Source: Lytechinus pictus
Lineage: Eukaryota
Direction: 5' to 3'
Length of the DNA stretch: 64,000 bases
Assembly: GCF_037042905.1 (NCBI RefSeq)
Contig: NC_087251.1
Span: 33,482,001 to 33,546,000, forward strand
The notes under the pieces: generated by a model
What the model was told of the DNA's origin: nothing
Databases searched by the model: none
The model's input: the letters and a program-made list of their open reading frames with translations, nothing else
Made by a program: the position numbers and the translations under genes
Shown: positions 35,399 through 48,712 of the stretch, piece after piece
How positions within the stretch are numbered: position 1 is the first letter of the stretch
Layout of the letters: each line of letters starts with the position of its first letter

Positions 35399-38300
35399 CT
35401 GTTCTCTATCAATGTTGAAGGGGTACAGTACTAGCAGCAAAGGACACTGGGATTGATTTCCAGGTGCTGTGTCGTCGCTCCCGTTGTCTTAAGAATGCAC
35501 CACAGGAAAAACAGCCATGCCGCCTAAGCTATGTAAGAAAACAGTATTGTGATCCCCTTCCCCCTACCAAGAAGACCCCCATCACTTCACATGCTTAGTT
35601 AGACGTCATGCTGAAGAAGATGGCATTTCTGAATATTTGTTTTCAATGAAATGGTAACAGCCAAGGTACTCAAGCCTATTTTCAGTTATCATGAAACTAA
35701 ATGTTATTATTAGATGCAATCAATTAGCTAACATATTTAATCTTATCTTGTAGTCAATGACAGAAAATGCTGCATTAGAGGTTACAGTTTTTTTTTGGGG
35801 GGGGGGCGTTATCTAATGATGATGTGAACAGAGTGTGAATGGACACCTTTGTACAATTGGCACAGTGAGTGGAAAAGTCTGGCCATTGACGATAGTTAAA
35901 GTATCCGTTTTACAGGATACAATATGTTTTCTGATGTAGAAGGGTGTTCCAAGAAACATAATCTGAATTGCCTCTATGGATGGATGTGAACACATCAGTT
36001 TCTTGGATGTAACAGACACTCTGGTTAAAACCAGGCATCCATAAAGGATCTACACAGACCCAGATGCATCCCAGATGCGTGCCGACCCAGCACACGGAAA
36101 GAAAAAGAAACTGAAATCATAAAAGTTTCCTAAGTTGAAAAATATGTCATGCGCAGAAGAAATGCGGAAAGGTTGCAAGGTGGGGTCCCTAGCTCTCAGA
36201 AAACAAACTGCAAGGGAGTTTAGAAATCACGCTATTGTTTTGTGCCAACAGATGGAACTAATTTCAGCTCAAGTCAAGCAAGTCAAAGCAATCATCTTTA
36301 AATTGATCTTTTGACGTGCCGTTACTGTCCCTTTTTTTTTTACTCCTATCATGTTGAGGGTGTTTTATTTCAAGGACATGTCTCTTTTGGGGATAAAAAC
36401 ATGCCCATTTGCCGTTTGTACCCTCGCAAATGCCGACAAAGGAAAGAACATGGACAGTTTGGGGATGCATCATTAGGCGTGAATCAAAGAAAAGACATAG
36501 CTTTAGAGGATTAATGGCACAGATTACAACCAAAATATCCTCAAGATTTTGAGTAGCCCTTGCCCTTGATTAAAGTGGCCAATGCAAAATGTGCATTTAT
36601 AACTCAAGGACACAGACTTGTACTATTCATTTAACTGACCTACTAGAAGATGAAACACTTCCTTGATCAATTGGTGCGAAATTACTTTTCCTAATCATAT
36701 TTAATTGAAATCGCTTGAAAAAAAAAGAGTGAAGCATATGTCATACAAAAAGAAGCAGATGTACCTACAGAAATTATTCTCTAATGAAATTATTATCTTA
36801 ATCTACAAAAGTCTTAAAATTGAATAAAAATAACATTAGTCTTTTAAACTTTTACAATAACCATTTCCAAATAATGGGGCTTTAAATCATCCATGGATAC
36901 AATTTCATGAGCAACAACATAAATGCACCCTTCAAAACAAGATAAATGTTTAATGGTAACAAATTCCTTTATCAACTGACTGCCTTCAAAGAAGATAAAT
37001 CTGATATAATTATTCTTTCCTAAACAAAGAGAGAAAAGGACCCAGTTCAATCAAGTTGTTTTTTCTTCTTGCGCCATTCCAATATCAACATTATGATTTC
37101 ATCTATCATTTAATTATATTGGTTTCATGTGCCCCCATTTTCTCCCACTCACTCTTTCTGCTGAACTAGACACTTTTAATCACAGACTGACAAAAATGAG
37201 ACAAATTTTGAAAGAGTTAATATCTTGGCGAACACCTTTAGGCGAGAGACATTGTGATATCTTTGCCATGCTCCTGAAAATACCCCTACACCATCAATCA
37301 CTAAACATTGCTTCATTTATTTTTCCATTCCATCGTCAATTCACCGCCCCATTCCCTCCTTGTGCAGCGGGTCTCAATAGGTATTGTTATTAATCTAAGA
37401 GCCACATAACAAATATATATCTCTCTCCTTCTGCAATACACACACCAACAAAAAAAAAGGAGGAGGGTAAAAAGAAGATATATGCCCGGAACAGTTTAAT
37501 GTACTTTAAAATAAGAAGTGGTCGGGAGTCGTGGTGTACTTTTCATTTTGTCGGATGGTCTGTGTGTACGCGTCAGAGAGAGAGAGAGAGAGTGTTAGGC
37601 AATGACATGAAAGGATATGGACATAGTTTGTGAATCTGCCAAGCATAAATGTATGTGCTACGTCTATTGACTTGGGTTCCGAACAAAGAGCGGCTCGCAT
37701 GCATTGGTGGACTCTCTAGGGAATACTCCCCAGCATTTCTCCTTCATACCTCTACCCCCATCCCGTGTTCATAAATTTGGGGATTGTCGTCATACATTAG
37801 TTTATCTCTCTCCATCCCATGCTTCCTTCCTTTCCCCTCTCTCTCTCTTTCTTTCTATCTTTCCATCTCGTCTTCTACTTGTGTCTATAGACTCTACCGA
37901 TTCCTCTTGTTATCCGCACCCTAATACATCTTAATAATCAAACTTGGGAAACCAGCTCCAGACCTATGTCATGCCTTTAACAATAGTCCAATGTGCCAAT
38001 CAACCTACTTCCACGATTTTCTTTCCCCCACAGGACTACTAAAGCTGGCATAAAACCACTTTCTTACCCCCCTCCTTAAAATAACTGATGTTCTCTTTCA
38101 AATACTTGTTCTTGTTTTTCAATCCAGGAATTTCTCTTATAAAAACCTTCTCAAAAAATATTTAAAAATAATAATTTAATATTATCAAATGCAAAAAGTT
38201 TGATTAAGTGCTATTAAGGTGATTTATCATGGAGCCTTATTAGCTGAACCTCGATCAAGAAATACAATTTTATCCCGATTCCAGACTATGATCGTTAAAC

Positions 38301-41265
38301 GGCAATATCACTTGAAAACAAGGGAAAAGTTGTTTCACTTTGGAGGATCTTCATTTTTTTTTTTTTTAAGAAAAAATGCTTTAGAAATATGCAACAGAAC
38401 TTCATGGACAAACAGAAAGAAGGGAAGAAGCAACGCAAAGAGACAAGTAGCAGTTTAGAGGATGCCCAAATAGACTTTGTCGTGGATAAGCCTGTCTGGG
38501 ATTACCAAGACAAACTCTCCCGCTTATCACACAGCCTACAGTGCACCCATAAAGCCCTTAAAAAAGGAGAAGGGCTTCCAAAGCCATTGGTATGACACTG
38601 GGGTGGCAGCGTTGGGGTAACCCAAAACCCTCCTCCGCCTCCATAAAACCGGGTCACGCATCTCCTTACGCTGGGGTCAGCTGAAATCCGCTATGAGCCG
38701 CACCGGGGTCAAACGAATACCATGGAATACCATTACAGTGGAATCAAAGCCGACCCCACCCGGAGTGCAACCGATACGTGAGCAAAGAGGGAAAAACTTG
38801 GAGGGATGCAAGTTGGACTGGAGTAAAGGTAAAAATGGGGAAAAAAAGAAGTCGTGACTGGGAGAGGGGTGGCCTGTTTGCCCAAGACAGCCCCGGTGTG
38901 TATTTTGTGGTGTCATTTAGGGAGTCTTGATTCCTGTGTCAAATAAATGCTTGGGCTCAGGGCTTTGTAAAGACAAACCACATGAAAAACATAATATTTG
39001 GTATTCACACTGAATAAGGTACACAGGACACTCCCTTTTTTACAACTAGCCATTGTCAAGATCAGTCAGTTCTTGGAGGGAAAAAAATACAGGTTGGTTC
39101 TCTGCTCACAATGCACATGACTTTGCTTAAAATCTAAAAAATATCAGAAAATAGAGGTTTGAACTAAAGAAAATAATTCAAAGTTATGTGTCTGCATTTA
39201 TTACAATATAGACAAATGATTCAAGTTTTACTAACTCATGTCATACATATATTAATCTCTTGTTTACATATTAAACCAAGTAAGTATACTTGTAGTGAAA
39301 TACACGAGGTAAAGTTGTGTAGGTATACACTTTGGCTGCAAAATCTATCAGGAGTAGATGTCGACTGAGCACCTAATTTACAAAAATAAAAATCTTTGGT
39401 TTCCAAACTGCAAATATTTACTCACAAAAACAATGCCTATTCCTCTAAAAAATACCAACAAATCCTGTGTTGTATTCTTCGCATCACATTCACAGATTGG
39501 TATATGGGTGACAACACAGAAAAGAATTTGTTTCTGCTTTAAACTGATGGAAAAGTTCATGACCCTGAGACTAACTATGACACCACCGACCTGCAGCTAT
39601 CTACCCCCTGATGGGGAAAGGGGGTAGATATCACTATTTGAGGGGAACAGGAGAGGGCCAAATAACCATGAACAAAAACAAACTAAATTCAGAAAAATAT
39701 GAAAATATTAGACCAGCAAAAAGAGTAAGAATAGACCCGGAGGGCTCTCGATACATGCTGGCTTTCTGGAATTCCAATTAATTTGGTTGGGCCAAGCAAA
39801 GGTAGTTACTGCAGTATCAGGAGCTATCATAGCCCACTCTTCTTCTTCTTCTTTAAAAAAGAAAGGAGGGAAAAAAAATATAGAGCAAACATGAAAATTG
39901 TAAAGCGTAAAATTAACAGTTTTCTGGTGATTTCAAAATCAAGATTCCTCACTATTCAAATAGAGACTCTACTTCTATATTATTTTTTTGAATTTTTATA
40001 ATATATGCTCGTGACTGTTTTCCGGTATCAGCAATGTCGTTTATCGCTGAAAAGGTGTGGTTGACTGGTGGGTCGTAGACTGAATGAATGAAAGATTCTG
40101 CGGTGGTGCATCCTCTAGGCATTTCTTTCGGGGATCCAAAAACCACATCCAGAGAAAGTATTTAAAACCATCATTTATTCAACAAGATTCCTACTGATGC
40201 CAGCATTCCTGCATGGCCCATGGTATTCCTTTTGGGAAACCTAAATCTAGGAATAACATACCCGCCAGATATCTAGCAGGCAGCCTTCCAAGACTAGCTC
40301 ATAGGATGCATCTGGCTCTGACCTCGGTGACCCGGCCATCTTGGAAAATAGCATTCCCTTCTTTCGTCATTTTGCGAGAGCTGCCTGTCAAAAGCAACCC
40401 AGGCTTGCGTGCTAAGCCTGTCTTGCTTGATACAACCAATCTTTGCTCTTTCTAACATCACAGCTCCGCTTTTGCACAAAAAGGAGTAACTGAAAAGTCG
40501 AGAAAATTTAACATGAATATTGTATATTTCATGGGGGCATTCAAGATGGGTGGGAAACTAGACAGGACTGTCTAATATCTATGTGAAATTAATTTAATTG
40601 GTAACTACTTCATCTCTGTGAAATAAGTTAATTGTTTAGGCCTAATACTTTCTCTTAATGTTTCATTTCATCTCCCATTTGGTATATTTTCGAAAATTCA
40701 AACCAATAAAAAATACAATTCTATTTCATTACCTCCACACTCTACGGCAATACACATTCATATAATCTATTCAAGATTTGGAATGATGAAATGCATTTTG
40801 GGGGGATTAATCAAAACTTGAAACAGGCTTTAAAAAAAACCCTTGAAAATTCATAAGATGTTACTAGTTATAACAGTCACACCTCTTAGAACTCAAGCCA
40901 TGCAACAAACTGATTTCCACCCAGGATGTAACGTAATGGTCCATAGATGGTGGTTGTTAAGCATGGTGTGGCACAGAGCATACCATCCCGCTCTCTGTCA
41001 GTTTCCCTGCTTGAGTCTAATTGAAGTCTTCCAAGCACACCGAACATGTAGGATTCCCCCTTCAGACGACTCAGGCAAACTAGCAGGAATCTAATTTCTC
41101 GCTATGTATCGCCTTCCCTCGTCCCTTGCTGATTACAAATGAAGGCGTAATGGTTGCAAACGGTGGGCGCGCAGGGATTCTAATTGTTATCTCAGTTGTG
41201 CCCTCTTATAAGCTCATCTTATTTGCTCTCAAATGCTGTGGAAGATTCACCTTGGGTATTCTTAA

Positions 41266-41660
41266 AGGTAAATGTTAGTTTTGGTAACGATATCAAAATG
41301 AGTTCGTACAGAATCCAATGAAATGACCACCAAAGTGTCTGTTTGTATAAATAAAACGCTTGTGCCAAAGGATTCTGGAAGAAATTGTGTAATTGCTGAG
41401 AAATCTGCAAATAAGCACATGATTCGGGTAGAGCGTCGGGCCCGACGCTCAAAGCAATAATTATACACAGTCCCACGTGCGCTTATCTGTGTTGGGGAAG
41501 TTCAGTCTGAACATTTTTCAGCGTAGATTTCAAGATTTCACAAAGTTCAGTTTATGTAACTGTACCAGATCTAGATCCTTGATGATATACTGACAATTAA
41601 GCCTGGTTTTACAGACTTTCTCATGAAATCAGTGCTTACTGCAACTACTGGAATTTCTCT
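41266..41660. mobile_element. TTAA-flanked non-autonomous DNA transposon (Kolobok-like)
   Basis: TTAA|AGGTAAATGTTAGT ... ACTGGAATTTCTCT|TTAA; purine-purine 5' ends and imperfect short TIRs. Confidence 0.7.
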
Positions 41661-41794
41661 TTAAAGTCTGATTCATGCAACACAAGATATTTTTTTGGGG
41701 GGGAAAGCAGGTTGGTTTGTAATCCCTACACTGTCTGTGTTTCTGTGCTCAAATAATTCTCCAGTTGAGCAAAAGTAAAAATGAATTCATTCTC

Positions 41795-42001
41795 CACTGC
41801 TAAAAACAATTTAAACAAAGCTGTTTACTATGTGAATTGCACAGTAGTTGTTTAAACATTTTAAACAAGTGTTTAAAATCTTACACAACAAAGTTTAAAT
41901 TCAAATATTTAATCATCAATAATTTAAGCATGGTTGTTTAAGATTTTAAACGACTGTGTGATTCACATAGTAAACAGTTGTGTAAATTATTTTTAACAGT
42001 G
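41795..42001. mobile_element. CACTG...CAGTG palindromic MITE (EnSpm/CMC-like)
   Basis: Arms CACTGCTAAAAACAATTTAAACAAAGCTGTTTACTATGTGAAT and ATTCACATAGTAAACAGTTGTGTAAATTATTTTTAACAGTG are imperfect reverse complements. Confidence 0.82.
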
Positions 42002-43999
42002 TTTGAAAGCAAAAATCAAGAATTTATTATTTGCCTTCATATCCCTTTCACAGAACGAAGAAAAACAACTCCATACATCATCAGTCTTGCATATGCGACC
42101 AGCCACATTTTTTTTCATATCTTGGTAATCTTGTCGCCACTCGTAAATATATAATCGATTTTGATGACTAAGTACTGACCTTTATAAAAATCCAAATGCA
42201 GGTTTATACTTTTAAAAACAACAGCTGGACATTAATCCTAACAAGCTGGTAAAAGTCAAGATTAAAAACTTTCATTTTATAATTATTTTGCTCTAAAAGA
42301 TAAAGTGCCAAGCATGAATGCAGAGCATACAGTTTGAAGTGAGACGTGCCTCCCACCATTACGCATCTATTTGCTCGAGAGGGTGTGGAAATTCCCACCA
42401 TTTTGCCATCAGCTGACAGCCTGACACCTATCTATTAAAGTGACCACGTTCTCGGACAACAGTGGACAAAGCTCAACACTCGTTTCATTATTCCTTTCCT
42501 CTCTCTTCTTCCTATAGCTCTCCTACAGCTTTTTCTCAAGCACCTTGCATACCACAAAGACAAGCTCTGTGTATATTCAAGATATTCTTAAGAACTGCCA
42601 AACTTCACTATCAATTATAATAATAACAACATGCATGTTAGTAACATGGAATGTTTAAAAACCTTATGAAATAAAAATCATCAAAATACATTCGTTTGAA
42701 AGACCGCAGTCCCTGAAACGTCTGGCTTGCTAACTGTGTGAGTGTTCTCCCGCTAGCTATCCAGTGTGTTTGTGGATGCTATCGATTGTGCCAAAAATAA
42801 TATATTTCTGTGTCTGTAACATTTCACAGAATTACATGACGACTGTTGCTACCATTCCTTTCCTGTTTACTCACTAGGATTAGGCTGCTGAAACACTAGA
42901 ACACTTAAAGCACATCTACAGCAGTAGTATTATCTAAAGAGGGACACTTTTTTTTTTCCATAATGGGGTAAAGTCGAAAATTTGGAGAAATATTCACATG
43001 TTTTATGGTCACATTTTGATTTCATTCAAATGCTTATCAATATAGAAATTAATGCTTCAATTATATATTTTTTCACAGACAAAAGCTAATGAAAAGTTAA
43101 AGATACTGTTTAAGATACTGAAATTGTGCCACTTGATTGGTCGACAGCAGCAGTCAATATTCCATAGATCGTTAAAATTACAATTTTTTTATCGGGGGGG
43201 GGGGGGTCGAATCTTTGCAATCAACCTGCTTGAAATAAATAGAAATTTTAAAACTACATATCCAACAGATTTTTGTTTAATTTAGTGAAAAGAAACATCA
43301 GCTGTGAATTACTTTTTTTTTAATAAATAAATTACTCCCATTCGTCATATGCATGTACACATCAAGCCTAAACATATCACTTTCATGAGACATGCTAAAA
43401 AAGGAATATTGCGTGACGAATAGAACAATTCAATCTCTAATATAAGATATCTTTTTCAAACAATGGTATCTCCGTGTTCGGAAAAAGAAAAAGAAAAAAG
43501 ATAATAAAGAAATTAATTGGATAATACCAGCATATGTGCTCTTTGAATAATGACTGCTTCAGAAAAATGATCATCAACCGCGACAGGAAAGGTCCAGGCA
43601 ATGTGGCTCATATTTCCAAATTTGTAACATTATTCCATTGCATGTTCATACAAACAAGAGGCATAAAATCAAATAAAAAAAGTCACTTATCAAATGAAAT
43701 TAACTACATTAAGAATCAGAAAGTTGTCTAATGCTGGAATGTGATTATTCTTGATGATGAAAATGTAAATGTACGATCTGTGCCACTTTCCACTTATGGT
43801 GACGCCAACAAGTATCTCTTTGGCTAATGATATGTAAGATTTGGCAGAGTTTGAAGTTTCTGTAAGGGATGTTAACTCTTATATCCAAACATCAAGGCTT
43901 TCCACAACTTCAATATTTCACCCCCTCCCAAATTATGCTCTCTACTGAGCATGAATTTAACTGTAGCAATTGAAGAAAAATTTCCATCTCTCACCTCAG

Positions 44000-44136
44000 G
44001 GGTCCGTTGCAGAAAGAGTTGCGTTTAAACGCAAGTCAATCGCAAGTCCCAAATGGGCGCTGTTGATTGGTTGAAAATCAAGTTGCGCATGATTTTTAGA
44101 GTTGCGATTGACTACAACTCTTTCTGCAACGGGCCC
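44000..44136. mobile_element. 137-bp MITE with CAG target-site duplication (Harbinger-like)
   Basis: CAG|GGGTCCGTTGCAGAAAGAGTTG ... CAACTCTTTCTGCAACGGGCCC|CAG; 21/22 TIR match. Confidence 0.93.
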
Positions 44137-44595
44137 CAGGACCTACAAACTGGATGGGGAGGTATTCAGATAGGATTTAGAACTAGACAGTCCTAGGCCA
44201 GCGGAATGCAGCTTTGAACACCAGTTACTGGTCCTCTATGCATCACCCTCCTGATGCCAACTGACAGGTTATCCCTTCCCCCTCCATTTGGAGTACGCAA
44301 TACCGTCTTGAGCGCAACAAGCGAGGTGGAAGACCTGCCTAACCAATCAAGCCTTGTTACGTGGACAGGCGATAGAGATAGCAGCGGCGGGGTGTTGGGT
44401 AACGGGTCGTGGGGGCGGTTGCACTATGTGGGTAGTCCCAACTTCTGACGATGTCTTCGGTTGTCATGCACATAGTCTATACTCAGTGTACGTAGCATAG
44501 CAGCAGAGATGGTTATGTATTACAAACCTGCATAATATTGTTACCGGTAGCAATGTAACAAACCCAAATCAGGAACCTGCCAGCCTCCAAGGCAG

Positions 44596-44739
44596 GGGAG
44601 CATTTCATCAACACTTAAGTCTCACAAGTTGTCGGACCTGACAACTTTCCTTGACTTTGATTGGCTGAGAAGCACAGTTCAATGATAATTGTATAATGCA
44701 TACTATATTGGATAAAACATCCTTTCATTAAAAGCTCCC
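44596..44739. mobile_element. Degenerate short MITE related to the 35271 element
   Basis: GGGAGCATTTCAT ... ATTAAAAGCTCCC ends; internal TGATTGGCT. Confidence 0.6.
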
Positions 44740-45264
44740 AAATTGTTAAGAATTTCTAAGAATCACCTTGTTGTTGCAAGTGGCAGCCATCAAATCAGTA
44801 CAAAAAATGTATGTTGGTTTGGTGACTGGGTGCAGGCTTTTGTGAGGGTGCTGGAATCATTGTTTAAAGTATACACACAAAGAAAATTCACGAAAGTGAT
44901 GATTATAGACAAATTATATATGAATGGAAAGGTCTTGTCTTTTTATACACAAATATGTCACTAAAAAGTCTTATCGATGTCGTGGAAATGCAAGAAATTA
45001 AATTATTAGAGACCATTCTAAGCCCCCCAGCCGCCCCCAGACCGACAGTTCACGCAGTGAAAACAGTCGAGAATAATGACGTCACACAATAATCGAGCTC
45101 ATCATCCCTCTGTGCATAATACACTGAATCACCTTACTGACCTCTTCAATATCTTCCGAATTTACCGTTTTCTTCATGTAATGTGACATCCGAATTCTGT
45201 TTTCGACAACTTCAGACTATAAGGGAACCATAACTGTGTTATTTTGCCCGTTTTTTATTGAATT

Positions 45265-45480
45265 GTGAACTGGAAAGATCGATTTTGTCCACTCGACAGT
45301 CTTCGTTGTGTTGCTCTACTAACTATTGAAAAACTCCAAGCTGCACGGTCCCATTCACTTGCTCCCGATGCATGTTGCAGGCTACGCTGTTTGATCCAGT
45401 CAAAAGTCAAGGTAAGCATGTTTGGAAACTGTACTTGTTCTGACGATGCATTCAGGTCAGATGACAGATACAGATCTGAT
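45265..45480 (+). pseudogene. Possible decayed THAP-domain remnant (transposon-derived)
   Basis: Frame RCVA...SHSLAPD...LRCLIQSKV...TCSDDAFRSDD loosely follows the THAP pattern CxA...FPxD...W...CSxHF; key residues are lost. Confidence 0.3.
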
Positions 45481-45563
45481 ATAAGTTTAGAATCATGCAT
45501 TTTGGCATAACTACTATTAAAATTAAAAAGTTTTTATTTTAGAAATAATGTTTTTGTACAATT

Positions 45564-46179
45564 CCACCCAAGGCAAGGGTTCATTACATGCCGCCACGCA
45601 CAGAAAAATCAAGCCATAGAAGTCGTGTGTTGTGGACCCAAGAAGTGAGATCCCAGACGCCTCCAGGCTAAGCACGCGCGACCCACTAGTTAGAAATCCA
45701 CTGCCAAACGCGGTTCGTGGTGCGGGGTTAGTATACTTAATACGTGTGAGTGGCACAATTCCAGCAGATTTTTTCTTCAGATTTCTAAAACTGGTCAGGA
45801 CTCAGGCAGGCAATTAAATTTTTTAGGAGCACTGAGTGGTATGGACCATGGCTGAAAATCTGCTGTTTCAGAGGAATGTTTAAGTTTTTATTATACACAG
45901 AATTATATCACCATGATGCCGATGTCATGAAGCCAGACAAATTTTCAGCAGTGATTACCCTGATTCCTGGCCAAAATCACTCACACGTATTGCGAGGTTA
46001 GTATTAGTATACTACTAGTACGTATTGCGAGGTTAGTATTAGTATACTAACCACGAACCGCGTTTGGCAGTGGATTTCTAACTAGTGGGTCGCGCGTGCT
46101 GGGATCTCACTTCTTGGGTCCACGACTTCTATTGCTTGAATTTTCTGTGCGCGGCGGCATGTAATGAACCCTTGGGTGG
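45564..46179. repeat. Long inverted repeat / foldback element (~190-bp arms)
   Basis: 45564-45752 is the reverse complement of 45978-46179, apart from a few substitutions and block indels. Confidence 0.93.
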
Positions 46180-46287
46180 GCCAAAATTAGAGTCTGGTGT
46201 TTCTTTCTGATTAGAGTGTTGCTGCATATATGTATGCGTAATGCCTTCAACAATGAAGATAAATGCAATCTTTGTAATGACACAGAG

Positions 46288-46478
46288 ACTCAGAGAGCAC
46301 CGTACCTCAAGTGATGTTCGTGTAGTCTCCACTTCACTACTGGAGTACTGCTACAGCCTACACTACGCTACACACTTACCCGGGTAGGTGTGGCGTACAT
46401 GTACGGTAGTGTAGCGGTAGTGAAGTGGAGTGGGGCCTACACAAACATCACTTGAGGTAGAGCACCAGTGTTCTGAGT
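46288..46478. repeat. Second imperfect palindrome centred on TACCCGGGTA
   Basis: TACCTCAAGTGATGTTCGTGTAG..CTCCACTTCACTAC pairs with GTAGTGAAGTGGAG..CTACACAAACATCACTTGAGGTA. Confidence 0.88.
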
Positions 46479-47427
46479 GGAACTTTTCAGGTGTCTAAAC
46501 CTACTATCATTTGTTGTTGACCGGGAATTACATGCCACCGCACGTCATCAATCATCACGATAATTAAATTCATACTTTGATTTGATTATTTAAACTATTT
46601 CTTTTTTTCTCTCTTCTACACACAGATCTGCACAATTGCTAACTCTGGTGACTTCTGGTCTCTGCTTGCTACCTCAATCTGGGAGATTCCATCATGTCCT
46701 TTTACTATGATTTGGATATAGCCATTTTTTTCTTCACTCTTTCCAGGACCTACGGTTTGCAAGTTGTGGAATGATAATGATACAAAAGAAAAAATTTCTT
46801 TATCAATCTTGGAAACAATTTTGAGCACAGTTTTGGAGAGAACTAAGAAATTTTACTCGGACAGGAATACAGCTTGTCAAAAATAATAACACACAATTTA
46901 AAACGAAAGAACAATTTTAATGTTACTAGGGCATTTTGCGAGAAATGTTATACTCAATCACACGTCCCAAATCAAGGGAAAGTCCTTTGATTAAACATGT
47001 AGTTGAATTGCGATTGCAACTCGACCTTATTACGCTTGAATTTGAATTTAAGACTTACGCTTGATTTGCAATTGAACATAAGTTTCTTGCAGTGCCCCAT
47101 AATTATGTTTTGTTATCAGATATTTAACGTGCTGATTTTTCTCGAAAGGTATAATATATTTGTCCTTTTAAACGGTATTTGAATATGGGTACGCCTTTTA
47201 TTTGTTTTCCACAATATTTATTGCATGTATGAACAGAAGTGAAATATTTATTGTGAAGCACTGTGAATGTTGTGTGATGGTTCATCATCAGACTGAAAGC
47301 CTGGTGGATGTGAGGAAGTGGCCTGGATGAAAGAAAAGTGAACATGTGTCCAATTACTGATTTGCATATTCTAAGACAATTTTGTTTCTGGATAAATTTT
47401 GCTATGCATTCCCTACATTAAGAGTAA

Positions 47428-47757
47428 AGGAGAAGTCCACGCAATCAAAAATTCATTTGAATTTAAAGAAAAATAACAAGATATTGCAGGAAATTTCATA
47501 AAAACTTTGATTCAAATTTATATAATTACTATTTTAACAGTTCCGTAAATATAACCTATTGTGATCAGATGAAGAGTTTCCTATCGTCAAATCTGCAAAG
47601 AATAAAAAACAAAATGCCACAAAAAATAGAAACGAATGTGATGTGAGTGACAACTCTAATTTGCATATCATTGTTTTGTGTATATGACTGTTTTGAGTAA
47701 AAACAACAAGGGAAATCACTCTATTCAAATAATTTTTAGTTGATGTGGACTTGACTT
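47428..47757 (+). mobile_element. Old, internally deleted copy of the 53522 MITE family
   Basis: Ends AGGAGAAGTCCAC ... GTGGACTTGACTT|TTAA; retains the GAAATTTCATAAAAA subterminal motif. Confidence 0.7.
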
Positions 47758-47940
47758 TTAACTCTACCCCTCCCATCCCAAATAAGAGTAGAAATAATCT
47801 AATCAAGAACTTGAAAATCAAAAGCAGCAATTAAGAAGCAAGATTTGATAAATACAGGTCTGAATAGAATTTCACAAGAAAATAAAAAGAGAAAAAAAAG
47901 ATGGGTAGGGACGGGGAAGGAATAAAAAAAAATACCCAGA

Positions 47941-48021
47941 AAAAAAAAATCCGAGTTTCGAACCAGGGTCCTCGCACATGACAAAACAATGGCCAACGCA
48001 TTTGGCCACAGACCATCGCCC
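47941..48021 (-). pseudogene. tRNA-derived fragment (SINE head or tRNA pseudogene)
   Basis: Minus strand: A-box-like TGGTCTGTGG, B-box GGTTCGAAAC, then a T run. No intact acceptor stem. Confidence 0.6.
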
Positions 48022-48379
48022 TAACAGGAAGGCATTTTTAAGATATATGAAAGAAAGTCCGCTCGCCGCTGTTTCCTAATAATGCTTCGGCAATTCAACT
48101 GCAATTTCAGTCATTTCGCGATGGATATTGCCGTGTTTTTTTTGTGATTCCTGACTTTGCTACTTAATGAAATTTCATAATTTTTGTTCAGTCATAAAGA
48201 AGAATGTCTATGCTTTATATTGACTATAACATTAATGTGACGCAAGTGTGATTTCTACGTGAAAATATGCTTTGTTTATTCACCTATATTTCTTGAAAAA
48301 AAAAAAAAATTCTAAGCTAAATATCGGTCACCAAAATACGTTAAATGTGCACTTTTTTTCACTGTTCAGTAAATTCAAA

Positions 48380-48712
48380 CTTTTATCTATATAACAAGAC
48401 CAATCTTAAGAGGAATAAACAATTCTAAGAGCAAAAAACGCTGATTGGAAAGATCGTCTCCAATGGGCTGCTGTCAGCTCAGCTGCTCACTGCTCATTGT
48501 GTGACGTCACTCAGCTGGAGCTCGCAAGAGGACCGGTGGAAGGCAGAAATATGGCATGAAAATAAATCATTTTTGAGAGCTGATTTCTGCAATCTCTGAT
48601 CACTATTTTGAAAAGTGAAGTTATATATCTGATTAGTAATACTTCCCCTTTACAATGATGACCACATAAAGTCATTATAAAATACTTTTGATTCTTTGGA
48701 TGTATACTTTAA
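48380..48712 (-). mobile_element. One terminus of a probable TTAA/Kolobok-like element
   Basis: Ends ...TGGATGTATACT|TTAA and contains CTGATTGG and GTGACGTCAC. The partner end was not found and the left boundary is approximate. Confidence 0.4.

Noticed and set aside
47941..48021. Functional tRNA gene
   Set aside because: No acceptor stem and a mismatched T stem.
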